NCBI GenBank assembly: GCA_965153285.1
Contig: OZ229114.1
Length of the DNA stretch: 64,000 nt
Direction: 5' to 3' (one strand)
From: Podarcis tiliguerta
Lineage: Eukaryota
A program made the position numbers and the translations under genes. The notes under the pieces were generated by a model, which was given only the letters and a program-made list of their open reading frames with translations, had not been told where the DNA came from and searched no databases. This document shows positions 36,101-49,144 of the stretch, in pieces. The stretch's first letter is position 1; every line of letters starts with the position of its first letter.

Positions 36101-39100
36101 TTCTGTTTATCTCCAAGCTGTGAAGTTATGGACTGACAAGGTTATGTTGATTGAAGTTGGGACTGATATGCATAGCAGAAAAGAAATGTGTTGGATCAGC
36201 TGGTTAGTTTCCAGCAGTGTGGTGCTTTTTTTAAAGAATTCAGAATGTGGACAATGGAGGGCTGATCTAGAAGTTGTAAGGAACCAGAGATTTGCTCTGC
36301 CTCTTGATTGCAGACCTCACGGAAGACCTTGGGCTTTGTCTGTAGAAAGATTTCCCTTTTTATTATACTCCATGGGGAGATCTCTTGCACTTTCTTAGTT
36401 CTCATAGTGTACAGTGGTGCCTCGCAAGACGAAATTAATTCGTTCTGCGAGTTTTTTCGTCTTGTGAATTTTTTCATCTTGCGAAGCACCACTGTGCATT
36501 GACGGTTTCCCATAGGAATGCATTGACGGTTTTAAGAAAAAGGCACAAGACGTTTTCGTCTTGCGAAGCAAGCCCATAGCGAAATTCGTCTTGCGAAGCA
36601 ACTCAAAAAACGAAAAACTCTTTCCTCTTGCGAGGCATTCGTCTTGCGAGGCATTCGTCTTGCGAGGTACCACTGTATTCTACTTTATTCTGAGAAACTT
36701 GTCATAGTTCAAGTCTGTTTTGTTCAGTATTAAACCATCTATGCTACAGAAGATGAACATTTTTGTTCACCCTAGTCATATCTTGTGATATTGTTAATTT
36801 TGCTAGTTTTATTATTATTTTTACTGTTCTGTTCATTTCCCACTTCTCTTAGTACAAACCTAGTTGTTGGTAGAAAAACTTGCCTAGAATTCCAGTTTTT
36901 AAAATAAATGTGCATGTGTGTTGCAGATTATAGTTAAGTAGCAGCTGATTGCCTCGAGGTCAACAGGCAGGTGGGGAGCAAATTCACAAAGTGAATGTTC
37001 CTCTGACATTAAGATACATTAGGGGAAATCAAAAATCTGTACATAATAGGTAGCTTTTTTCATAGTTGCAGAAACATCCATGCAAGTGAGTTTGCTCCAT
37101 TGTACACTGATAAAGTATTTGACTGCACTTTATGGTACATGGGTATGTAGTATTAAATACTTCAGATTTTAATCAGATATACTCAAAGCATTCTTTACTG
37201 ATATTATTATAGGTTTATAATCATTCTTCATTTAAACATATTTATTTTGACCCAATTAAAAATAAAGGATGAGTTGATTGATGGAATACGGTTGAATGCT
37301 GTAGCTTGACAAACATATACAGTTAAGCTTTGGCAGAACTGTCCACACATAATTTATAATGTTGTATCAGTTGTAGAATTAAGTATATAATTTGCTATTA
37401 AAGCAATTTCTTTTTCTAATAATTATTTACCACTTGACTTGAGTAGTGACATGCTTATTTTGCAATCTGGTTCACTTTTAAATTCAGTTTACTAACCTTA
37501 AAAGATTAATGAAATTCCTATCAGATATATTCTTATGGATGGTATGTGTGTTAAGCCTTTAGAAGAGCATTAATTAAAAACCTGTTGGTAATTCATTCCC
37601 ATTATTGTCATTTTGCCGAGTCTTAAGCTTTCAGGTATTACATGCAATAGTTAGGCTTTCATTGCAAATGTCTCAGTACTGATTCTCACAATGGTCGCTT
37701 ATCTTTAATATTCAACTCCCCACCCAATTAATGCAGTATATATACTTGTATGCACATGCAGAATAAATTAATATTGTGAGTTTTTTGCAGCTCTTCACGC
37801 TTAACTTCAGCTCCAGCTAAATATTTTACTCCTTGTTTGTGAAATTTTAGGGGGTTCATCCACTTAATGAAGAATTTGATTTTCAATGGTTCATCAGTAC
37901 TTAAAATCGGTATGAGTGAGATCATAAGAAACCGTTTGGCATATTTAGGGCAAGTCATAGCTTTAGTATGTGGAGCACATAAAAATACAGACTCTCTGTA
38001 TTGGCAACTGACTGCAAAGGTTCAGAACATCCTGGACATACATATAGTAAAGCTTTATGCTTCAAATGATTTGTGCCTTAGTATGATCCGTTTCTTAGTA
38101 CAATTGATACATATTCAGGAAAAAATACATTTATTGGACTGGAAATTCTTTCTACAATTTTTGATCATGATCATTTTTATACTCCAGGTGTTTGTTTTAT
38201 ACTTTTTGTTTTCTGTTGAAATTATTGATGATATATCTACAAATTTGTACTAATTTGAAATTGTTTATGCAATAAAATGAGGAAGTCTTTGATATGAATG
38301 ATAAATTTGCTTTTACCTTTCATTAACGGTTTTGTTTTTAAAAAAGGCTTACTATTTTATTTTGTAAGGCTGACTTACTTTAGAAGTGTAGTAGCTCTTT
38401 ATAATGCAACGATTTATTCTGGAATACAAAAGCGAATTTATCTTGAACCATTTTTACTCTGTTCTTTCTTTAAAAGAAGCTGGCCATGATCATAAGTTGT
38501 TGTTTTAGTCTTACATATTCTATGAAAATCTATAGTATAAATTATATACACAAACACAAGTAAAAATCTACTTAGCTTGTTTCAGGCAGATTAGTCCGTG
38601 AAGCTCACCAACATTTAATTTACGGGATAGGCCACAAAATATCTAAGTAGCCTATGCAGATTAAGGAGTTCTACATATCCAAATATTTTATGGTCTCTCT
38701 TGTTTAAAGCTGCTCTTTCATTATCCATACTTGATTAGCATTTTTGTTTGAAAATATTGCTTTAATTTGCACAGTGAACTACATACAGCTGGACCCCTTA
38801 CGTACAAGAAACCACCTGGGATTTGGGATCAAAAATCCTCAAAACTTGCTATAAAAAAGTATTTCTTCAACAATTTTGACATTTTCATATCTTTCTCATT
38901 TCTTTGTTTTACAACGCAGGCTGTAACACTTTAGTAATATTCTACAGACAGAAAGTTCCTACAACACACATTCAAGTGCCCTGTGTCCCGCTATTTAGTA
39001 CTTGATATTCAAGCACTGTTGGCATTCGGTTGTGAGCTCTCAACATTCCCAGTTGGCTGAAATTTTGACACCAGTATTAACATTTCCCTCTTTCCTAGCA

Positions 39101-42100
39101 ATATTGATATCTTCAAATAACCAGTCAATTTTTCCTCTGTGCTGGTGTCACTGAGGGCAATTACAATATTTCATAATATGGGTAATGCCTACTTGTAGGG
39201 GTTGGGGCACCTGCTTTCCTCCAGAAATTTTTGGAGTTAGAGCTCCCATCATGGTTAGTGACCAAGGTTGATGGAAATTTTATTCCAACAACATCTGGAG
39301 GGCCACAAGTTCCCCACCACTGGCTATTCGGAGGCACTGGCCCTCAGTTTGAATTAGCATTGTTTTCCATCAGTGATTCCCAGGTCAAATATAGCTACCA
39401 GTTTTGTAGTTGAAGAGGATCATTTTTCTGACAGTTCAAATTTAAGTAAAATGCATCCTGATGTTGGAAACAGCATATTGACACAGTGGTAAAACTTCTT
39501 ATTTAAATAGTGCTTACTATGCTACCTGGAAATATGATACCTCAGAAGGTTAATCCTTAGCAGTAAAGCTGATGCACTGGATGCAACTGTACTGTAATGA
39601 CAATCGTATTATCAAGGGCCCTTTTTATTTTCAGACACAGAATGTAAAAGAGGTTCATCATATTTTGGAAAAGGAAATACACCCTCCTTCTCATTATAAT
39701 ATTAAGTTCCATTTTAAAATGCTATTTGGGAGTGTTAATAACCTCTTTGAGAGTATCTGTGTGTGCTTTTGGTATCGTGCTATGGAACCATGCAGAGAAT
39801 TGTGGTGTGTAAATATGAATGCACAGAACCAGTTCTTTAACTACCATTGCAGGTAAGTAAAATATGTATCTTGGAACACATGGCATGGGTAAAAATGCTA
39901 TTTCAGTTTACTAGTGTGCAAACACTTCATGAGCATATACTTCTTAGGGGTGAGAGCAGAAGATGTTACAATTCCTCTTTTTTCTTTTTTGCTAAAGACA
40001 GCAAGATCTGGGGGTTTCCTTACTTGGTATCTGTGTGGCAGTTGCAGATATGCTTTTTACTTTTGTCTCTGTGCAACCATGAATTCCTTCTTTTGTACTT
40101 GTCTATACCTGTAGCAGTCATAGAAAAGGAAGACATGAGGCAAAGAATGAATTGCTTTTCTTTAAAGGCCTCAGCCTCTTATAGGAAGGGGCTACGGCAT
40201 CAAGGTTTATTTACAGCTTGAAGTAGTAAATTCTGTTCTTACAATAGGGTCATGGAGAGGAGAAATAATGGCAATGAGTCTTTTTCAATGGGGTATTCGG
40301 TTTTAGAAGGGTTATAGAATCCTATTTTGATTACTCATGTCAAAAGGTTGAACAGCTTGTAGAAAATAGATTTCTGTTCAAAATAGTGCAAGAAACATGT
40401 CCTAAAAATCAGACTCTTCAGATATTCAGGAGTCATTTTTTCATATCTGCAATTTTTGGTGTTTTTTTAATGGTATTAAACCGTGTGTGGGATTGGAATG
40501 CTAGCCTGTTGTATTTTTTGAGAAGCTGTCACATTTCTTTTTGAAAGAAGATATTGTATATATACAATAGACAGCTACCCAACCCTCAGTTTTCAGAGGC
40601 AAGTAGACTGGGTGCATCATTTATGGAGCCATAGTGTAAGCACATTGGGGACTTGCTCGGTTTTCAGAAGTCGTTTTGAATAAATCACAAATCTACTTTT
40701 GCTAAGTTGTGCACTCTTTGAAGGCTCTAGCCTTCATTCATTCACATAAGTAGGATCCGGTCTGAAACTATTGTGAAATCTTATCCATAGTGTCTGCTGC
40801 CATTTTATTGCATGCATACTAATATCAGCTAAGTGTATAGCGCCTTTTTAAAAACAAAGCCTAGAATCATAGAATCATAGAGTTGGAAGAGACCACAAGG
40901 GTCATCGAGTCCAACCCCCTGGCTTACTGTAACTTGTAATGTGTTTATACAACTTGTCAGTGCATCGTGTCCAACAGAAAAGCTGATGGCTACAAACCTT
41001 TTGTAGAAGTCATACTTTTAATATACATAAATAAGAGTTTGAGGAGTTTAACATCTGATTGCTGTAGAATGAGGGGTGGGGTGGAAGCACAAATTGATTT
41101 TTATGCATTATTGTGACCTGTACTAATATATGTATTAATAAATGTAGAATATAAGTTGTCTGTGGTACTACTGAAACTCACCTGCTTTCAAGAAAATCAG
41201 TTTACTTAGCAGTAGTTTGACTTCTAATTTTTCAAATTAGGAAATGCTTGTTGGATGTAGATTTTCAAAAGACACGACACTTGAGGACACCCCCCCTTTA
41301 ACTGCTGTTAAATTGAAGGTGTTGTGCATTGCATTAGCTTCTCTACAGCTTTAGTCCCACTTCTGTGACATGATTTGCATTCATCTAAAATTAAACAAAC
41401 CTGCAGCTGAAAAACTACATAAAACTACTGCTTCGAAGTGCAGACCTCTCTGGAAACACAGAAGTTGGATTCAGTGGCAAAGGAAGTGCAGTTTTACACA
41501 TGGTCAGACAGGCTCATCTACAGACACACACAAAAGGCACCACTAATTATAAGGCAAAATACTTGCTTCTAAAGTTCCTTCTGTGCTTTTCATATCCACA
41601 ACTTTCACTCGCACTCTAAACACACATTTTCCCTCTTTGTGAAATGATACTATCAAAAGTAGATGCGGCATCCCTTCTAAATAACCAGTCAGTTGTCAGG
41701 CAGGCTCCAAAATTGTCTGTTGACTCCCATGTATAATGGGAGGCCTTTTAATAGTCACTGACTGTAAAAATCATGCTGATTTGCATTGTTTCAAAACCAC
41801 TCCCATCTTTAATCTCACTCCACCCCACTCCCATGATTCTCTTCAATTCTTTTGCTTCCTGCAGAAGATGAGAGGTGGGGCAAAAGCAATTCATCTTTAG
41901 AAAAGAAAAGAAAAAAGAAAAGAAAAGCTGTAGCAGTATTCCTTTATCGTATACCTGTTAAAATGCAATGCTGCTAATGGGCAATGTGAGACACTAGCAG
42001 AGCTTTCTTCACTTAGTGTGTTTTAAGGAAAGATTTCACCCCCACTGTTGTTTCTACAATTGTGGTCATAATGTACTGGATGCCATCTGCTCACAATCTC

Positions 42101-45100
42101 ATACACACAATGAAAAGGATATTTGCCTTGAAACTGAGCAGCATTTTCAAATAGAGTTTTTTTAAGAGAGAGAGAGAGAGAAAGAAAACATTAAAGGAGC
42201 GGTTTCTGTTGGAAAGGAAATGAAATACTAAAGACTCTGGGGGAAATCCAAGCTGCTTCTTGCTTGTATTTGACTTGTACGTTCAAGCAGATTTCCCGTA
42301 AACTGCTTTCCCAGCAAGGAACAAATGCCAACAAATACGCTGGATCTTACAGATACGATACTAAAAATCAGGAGGAGGAGCAGGGGACTGCATGAGCTGA
42401 TACAATACACAGTAGACTGGCCAAAGAATGTTAATAGTTAACTTCCCTGATATTCTGAATCTCTTCCAGGTGACCTAAGTGTAACACTGTTTAGCTTCCT
42501 GAGTTAACCAGTGGGAATGCATGCACTTAAACTTCCTCTCCTTTTTGTAATGCCTCCCCTTTCTTTTGGCATTCATTACTTTTAAAAGGCTTTGCTTCCT
42601 GAGTCAAACGAGAGAGCAGTCGGTTCCTTTCAGTAGTGTAGCACTGTAGCAGAAGCCTTGCAGCTGGCTGGCCTCCAATTTCTTAACCCCGCTTCAAATA
42701 AGTGTTGAAAAGTATTACGTGCCTGTTCATTACTGGGCCTTAATATCACTTTGAGTGGATACTTTGGGGCAGTTCAGTGGAACTTTTTTTTTGCTGTTTA
42801 CAGTGGAATCAAGAATAAATGTTGGCCGGAGCACAAAGCTTCATGCTGTCTTTCTGAGGCTGTACAGAATGGAATTTGGAGTGGGAGTGGCAGACATATC
42901 TGGGGCAGCACTTACTGGTGTCAGCGTAGGAGCCTTCTCTGGCATTACCCTGTCCAAAACAGCTTTAGCATTGGAATAATAATGACAATATATATTAATT
43001 ATAACATGGAAAATGTCAGCCATAATTCAAATGCAAGAAACTTTGAGAATGCATAAGTGGAGAAGCTGTTTTGCTTTGAAAGTGAGGGACAGTGGGATGA
43101 ACAGCCTAATTTTGAGGTTTTGTGCTCTAGGTAGCAAATCGCAATGCTAGGGCTCCAGAATGCTTAACATTGCAATTTGGATCTGTGCCATTTAGTTCCC
43201 ATTTCATGCAAAGCTCCTGTGCTGGACTAGATGGGCCTTCAGCCTGATCCAGCCTGATATTCTTACATGATACTGATCATAGAATTTGCTTGCATTAAAA
43301 CTCAGAGACCTCTCTAGAGAACAGTATTTTGTGAAATAGCTTGCTCTAAAGAAAAGCTACAAGAAATGGAAAATTTACTCTAGCTTGGTAATGTTCACAA
43401 TGCTAAAACATTGTTTTGATAAGCTTCTTTTTCATTCCTTGCTACATAACAATTACGTTGTGCCGCGGCTGTCCGGACACACCCTCAAACATTACTTGAC
43501 AAATGAAATAACTTATCTCCACCCAGTTAGTGATGCAACATGGTTTAAAGACTGTAGAGGAAGCTGTATTTAGTATGGGTAGCTATTTAAAAGCTGCTAT
43601 GTGGTTACAAAGTCAGGAAGGGCATGCAATCTGCATTCTCCCTATTTCTAGTTTCATATTTCCTATCCGTACATACACAGTTTCTGAAATCAAATGTATG
43701 CTGAACTCTGAAAACATGGAGCTTTCCCATTTTTGTTCTCCTGCTTTCCATTCCCTGTTTTTCAGGGCCATTGTGTCTCTTGTGCTCTATTTGCAGAAAG
43801 TAGTAAGAACTCGTAACTCTCCACGAGGAATATGTTGAAGCAGTATATTGTGGTCTTGATCTGTTTAGCCATAGCAGAGGAAGTGGGATTGTTGTTGTTG
43901 TAGGTTGCTTTTGTTCAAAAGTCTAAATTCTTAGCTAATTCCAGTTTGACCTCCAAGAAATTGTACCTAACATTTTCAAAGACTGCTTTAAAATATTTGT
44001 GGGCTCATTAAAAAAAAAATTAAGCAAACCAGGGGAGACAACTACTTGCAAGTGTTATGTCGATTTGGTGATGTGCCTGGTGGTATTTTGTTGAAGCAAA
44101 ACCAATTTTTAACCTCTTTCTCCTCCCCACTTCCTTCCTAATGTGATACTTAGGTCCTCAGCTGTCTTCCTTTGTAATGAAGAGTCCAATGACTCTGAAC
44201 CCCTCGTTTCATGTGAATATGAACACACCTGGCCAGGGCTCATCTCCCCTTTTGAGTCCTGTCCTGAGCGATGTTGGTGGTGCCAGGATAGAAGAAGAGG
44301 ATGAGGCAAGGCGTAAGGTAAGGCAAGGACAAGGAGGGTGATTTGTGTTTGTTTGTTTGTTTGTTTGTTTGTTTGTTTGTTTGTTTCATGAGCCTCTGCT
44401 TCAGTTTCTGATTTCTTTGTTGGGGCTTATTCACATTTACCTTTCCTCTACTCTTTCCACACACAGTCCATGGTTTAAACCTCTGTGTCCAAGTTGCCCC
44501 CCTCCCCCCCTTTTTTTTTTTGCTCCGGAGCTTTCCCGGCAGAAACCCACTCTTTAAATTTCAATCAGAGGAAACATCAATCCACAGAAAACTTTGAAGA
44601 GCGGGTTTTCACAGGGAAAGCTTGGGGCAAAACAAAACAAAATAAACCACTTGGACACAGAGCGTTAAAGTGCAGACCTCTGCATAGAAAGAGCATGGCA
44701 AAAGTTAAGCGTACATAAGCCCTTAGATATTAGCAATGTGCAAATCTGCCAGTGCTATACTATCGTACTGTCTTGTGTACTATTAAACTTCCCACACAAT
44801 GGTTTTTCTTGACTTATGTTAAAATAAATACACGACACTTTGCTACTATAAAACTGCTAGAAGGAACAATCCTTTGTTCCAGCTGTTTCAAAGTGAGATA
44901 CGAACTAAATGCTTCTCTTTACCTCAAGAGCACCATTTTTGTCCTTTCTGTTTGTGGGGAATAGTACTGTAAAACATTAGAGACAGTTATAGAAAGTACA
45001 TTAATTCCAACTCTCTGAATGCTTTTCTGCAGTCTAATCCACTATTTCTTGTCAAAAACAGATCCTTCTCTTTAACACATTTTTCAGGTGGGAATGAGCT

Positions 45101-48100
45101 GGTTTTGTTGTTTAGCAAGCTCAGTTCAACCCATAGACAATTTATCTTATTTAACAACCGTATTGATTACTGCTGGTGAATCATGCTGGTAAATCAATTT
45201 TGGTAAACGTGAAATTAACTAGAACGAAAGGCAAAACCCTTATTTTGCATGTCTAAGCAGGAGGGAAATCAACCATACAATTAGGAGTTCTATCTTCCCA
45301 CTGCAAAAATCATGAATTTTTTGCACCTTTGTATCTTCCACTTAGAAGAATTTGGGAAAGTTTGGGGTTGGGCATTTTTGCGTTTGGAGTATGTTCCATA
45401 ATCTTAATCTAGGACTTTTTCTGTTGAAAATAATACAGTAAACCTCAAGGTTGTGGTTTGGTGCCTTATCTGAGGTTAGATGAGGTATATTAAAAAGCAA
45501 ATTTGTGGCTTCCTGTACCCATGTTTCTGTTTCCATCAGGCTCCATGTGACAAAGAGGTTGAAGCTTTTCAATGCAGTGTGTCTCTGTCCAGACACATAC
45601 AGCCTAGAGGATCAGTGCTGTTGTTGTTGCATGACCCAAATAGAGGGGTGGGAGAAAATGTTTTTTGCATCAGCACCGTATCTGCAGTCCACTCTCCTGC
45701 TCATATAGCAGAGGAAAGGGAATATTTCATGCCAGTACCAAATAGATTTGATGTCAGTATGGGACGAGGACAGGAGTTCCTGGCGTGCTCTGGTCCATGG
45801 GGTCACGAAGAGTCGGATACGACTGAACGACTAAACAACAACAACAACAACATGGGACAGTGCTGTTGAGAATGCCAGTTACCATCAATGTCAGGAATGT
45901 GCATGACTAGTTGAATCCAATCTGTGAATTAGGGCCACTGCTGGTTAGTTCTTACCGTATCTGCTTGGTCACAGGTAACAGTGTGTTTCAAGCAACTAAC
46001 TCTAGATCAGGATCAAGGTGTGGCTTAACGAAACTCATATTCACCTCTCAGGTTCAGGATTCCCACTGCCTCATCTGAAGAATACATTTGGTATATTTGA
46101 TTCAAATATTTCCTTTAAAAGCCACACACTTCAAAACCATTTAGAGCAGGAGGCTTTGGTTTTGGCTCTCCTTTTATATTGGCACATCTGGATGGTCAAA
46201 GGAGTCTTATTATATAGCTCAACCAAGGTTTCTTAATAAGAAACATTTTCTGTTTCATTTATTTGGGATTTGCTTTTATCTTTCAGAGGTACCCAGCAGA
46301 CAAAGCCTATTTCATTGCAAAAGAAATTCTTGCTACTGAACGAACTTATTTAAAAGACTTGGAAGTCCTAACTGTAGTAAGTGATTTAAACCCACTTTTC
46401 CCTAAAAAGAGTTGTTTTAATAGTTGTATGTGTGAATTGTAAATTGTGTGTTATTGCAGTCCCTTAGCCTCAGGGTAAAATTGGTTATAAACTGGAATTT
46501 CCCAGATGGAATATTTGCAAAACGTCTCTTGTGCATCTTGTTTAGAGTATGTGTCTGCTGCCAAAGGACTTGTTTGATATTGTTGAAATTTGTTTGCATG
46601 TTGTTGTTTTTCTGGGTTCTTTGATACTTTTTACATTGCTGATACCAAGAACAGGAAGCCAAACATCTGCTTCATATTTATCTCTCCTCTGCAGTGGTTC
46701 CGCAGTGCAGTTGTCAAGGAAAATGCCATGCCTGAAGGTCTCATGACCTTGCTGTTCTCAAACATAGACCCCATCTATGAATTTCACAGAGGTTTTCTGA
46801 AAGAGCTTGAACAGCGGCTAGCACTATGGTAAGTGTTAACATCATTGTGAAGGCAAACATTTGAATCTGGTCAAAAAGAGTAGAAATATGGTTTCTTTGT
46901 TTTAAATTTTCAGGTCTGGCATGCCTATTTTTGCAAAATACATATAAACTTCAGAGAGGTTTAGTTGATAGCATACAGTGTTAACCCTTTTCTTCCATTT
47001 TAAAAATGATTATTTGATTATTGAGACTCCAATTTGAGCTACCAATTGAAACAGGAAACATGGTTAGTTTGCTGAGAAATGAATGGAAATAGTTTTGGAA
47101 CTCTTTTATAGTTATTGTTAGTATGCTTTAGTTTCTAGAAAACAGTTCCTACTGGAAAATAATTGTAAGATTCAATTTCCCAAGAGCAGTAGCACAATCT
47201 TCTCACACTCTCATTGCAGGGAGGGACGTTCCAACGCTCCCACGAAAGGAGATTATCAACGGATTGGTGATGTCTTGCTGAAAAATATGCATATGCTAAA
47301 GGTAGGGAAATAGCTCCCAAGAATCTGTGTGTTCCTTCATGTTCAGTGGGCTGATTAATATATAACATTAAATCATTGTTTAGCAATGTGTACTCAAGGA
47401 AGGAGCCCAGGCGAAATTCTTGCATGCGCCTTCTAGCCTGCTGCTCCTGCATGACTGGACTGAGGTCTTCAGCAGTGTTGACTTCCATTTGCATAGAATC
47501 CTGATTTGTTACCTATGAGCCAGATATTGTGGTTTAAAACAAATTCCAGTCTGTTTCAAAACAAGCTGCTTTCAAATTCTGGGTCATGAAAGTGTCTTGT
47601 TTGGGTAACAGAGTTTGCTTTAAACCACAAGATTTGGTTTGTGTGCAATGACAGCCCATGATTATGTGAAACTGAAAGTAAATGCTGCCAGAGCCTGTAC
47701 TCATGACTGCATCTTTTGTGATCCTACAGGAATATACCACCTACCTGAAGAAACATGATGAAGTCCTGTCAGAGTTAGAGAAAGCAACTAAGCGCATAAA
47801 GAAACTGGAAATGGTTTATAAGGAGTTTGAACTCCAGAAGGTTTGTTACTTGCCACTCAACACTTTCCTGCTGAAACCCATCCAGAGGTTAATGCACTAT
47901 AAGCTGATCCTGGGGAGACTTTGCAAACACTACGTGCCAGATCATCGAGACTACACCGACTGCAGGAGTGAGTGAAAGATCAGACAAATATCTGCAATGC
48001 CAATAGTCAACACATTCTGTATTCTCATTTTATGTTGCTGATTGACAGAAATTCAGTTGTCTTGGTAGAAACGGTACAGTCGTAGCTTGTATCCTGAATG

Positions 48101-49101
48101 CTTTGCGAGTTGAATGTTTTGGCTCCCAAATGCCACATACAGTGGTACCTTGGGTTGCATACGCTTCAGGTTGCATACGCTTCAGGTTACAGACTCCGCT
48201 AACCCAGAAATAGTGCTTCAGGTTAAGAACTTTGCTTCAGGATGAGAACAGAAATCACGCGGCAGCAGCGGGAGGCCCCATTAGCTAAAGTGGTACCTCA
48301 GGTTAAGAACAGTTTCAGGTTAAGAACGGACCTCCAGAACGCATTAAGTTCTTAACCTGAGGTACCACTGTATTGGGACCAAACACTTTCCTTTTGAAGT
48401 TAAATGACTTAATTTTGTTTGTGTGTGTGTTTAATAAATATCTTGTCCTACATCCCCAAGGACCTGGGTTGGCAAATGTCATGGTGATGCCCAGTGATTG
48501 ACTGGTGGGCATCCCTACCCACCTGTTGGGGTGGGGGGACTACCTATTATTTTGTTCTGCTTTCTGTGAACAGTGTGACACTGAGCCAAGAACTGAGTCA
48601 CACCATCATCTTACTTGCACTTAGTCATGTGAACTGTCTCCATTGGAAAATACTGAGTCATGTTAATGCCGTGGAAAGTGTTATCTTTGACTATTGCAGT
48701 AGTTAAGTTGTGAACATAAAAGTATAAACTCATCCTTATTGGCTTTGCATCATACATCTCCATTTAAAATACAAGTAAGAAGAGTATCTGCCATAGTTCT
48801 TATAGGTGGGGCTGTGTGCATTCTACAGATATAATATACAGGGCAAATTGGATATCATGGATAAGTGTGACAATTGACCAGCTTATTACTGTCAAACATA
48901 AATATAACATTCACACGTGTGAATGACACATATTCTGCCTCCTAGGAATTATTGTGAAATTTAGTACTGTAGCAATTAAGAATAATGGAACAGTCTCAGC
49001 CTTAACCTTTGAAGAGTTGTTCTAGGGAAAGTTGTAAGCAAAGAAATCTGCACAAAAAGCCCAGTACATGAGTAAAACTGCCCACCATGAGAATCTCTGT
49101 A

Positions 49102-49144
<43 letters not shown>

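Noticed and set aside
36412-36675. Repeated TTCGTCTTGCGA units resembling a CRISPR-like array
   Set aside because: Irregular spacing, enclosed by TIRs and a TA duplication: subterminal repeats of a mariner-type MITE in a eukaryotic genome.
42408-42475. ATG...CAG|GTGACC as an alternative first exon
   Set aside because: The donor is phase 0 while exon 14 needs phase 1, and the donor is weak.
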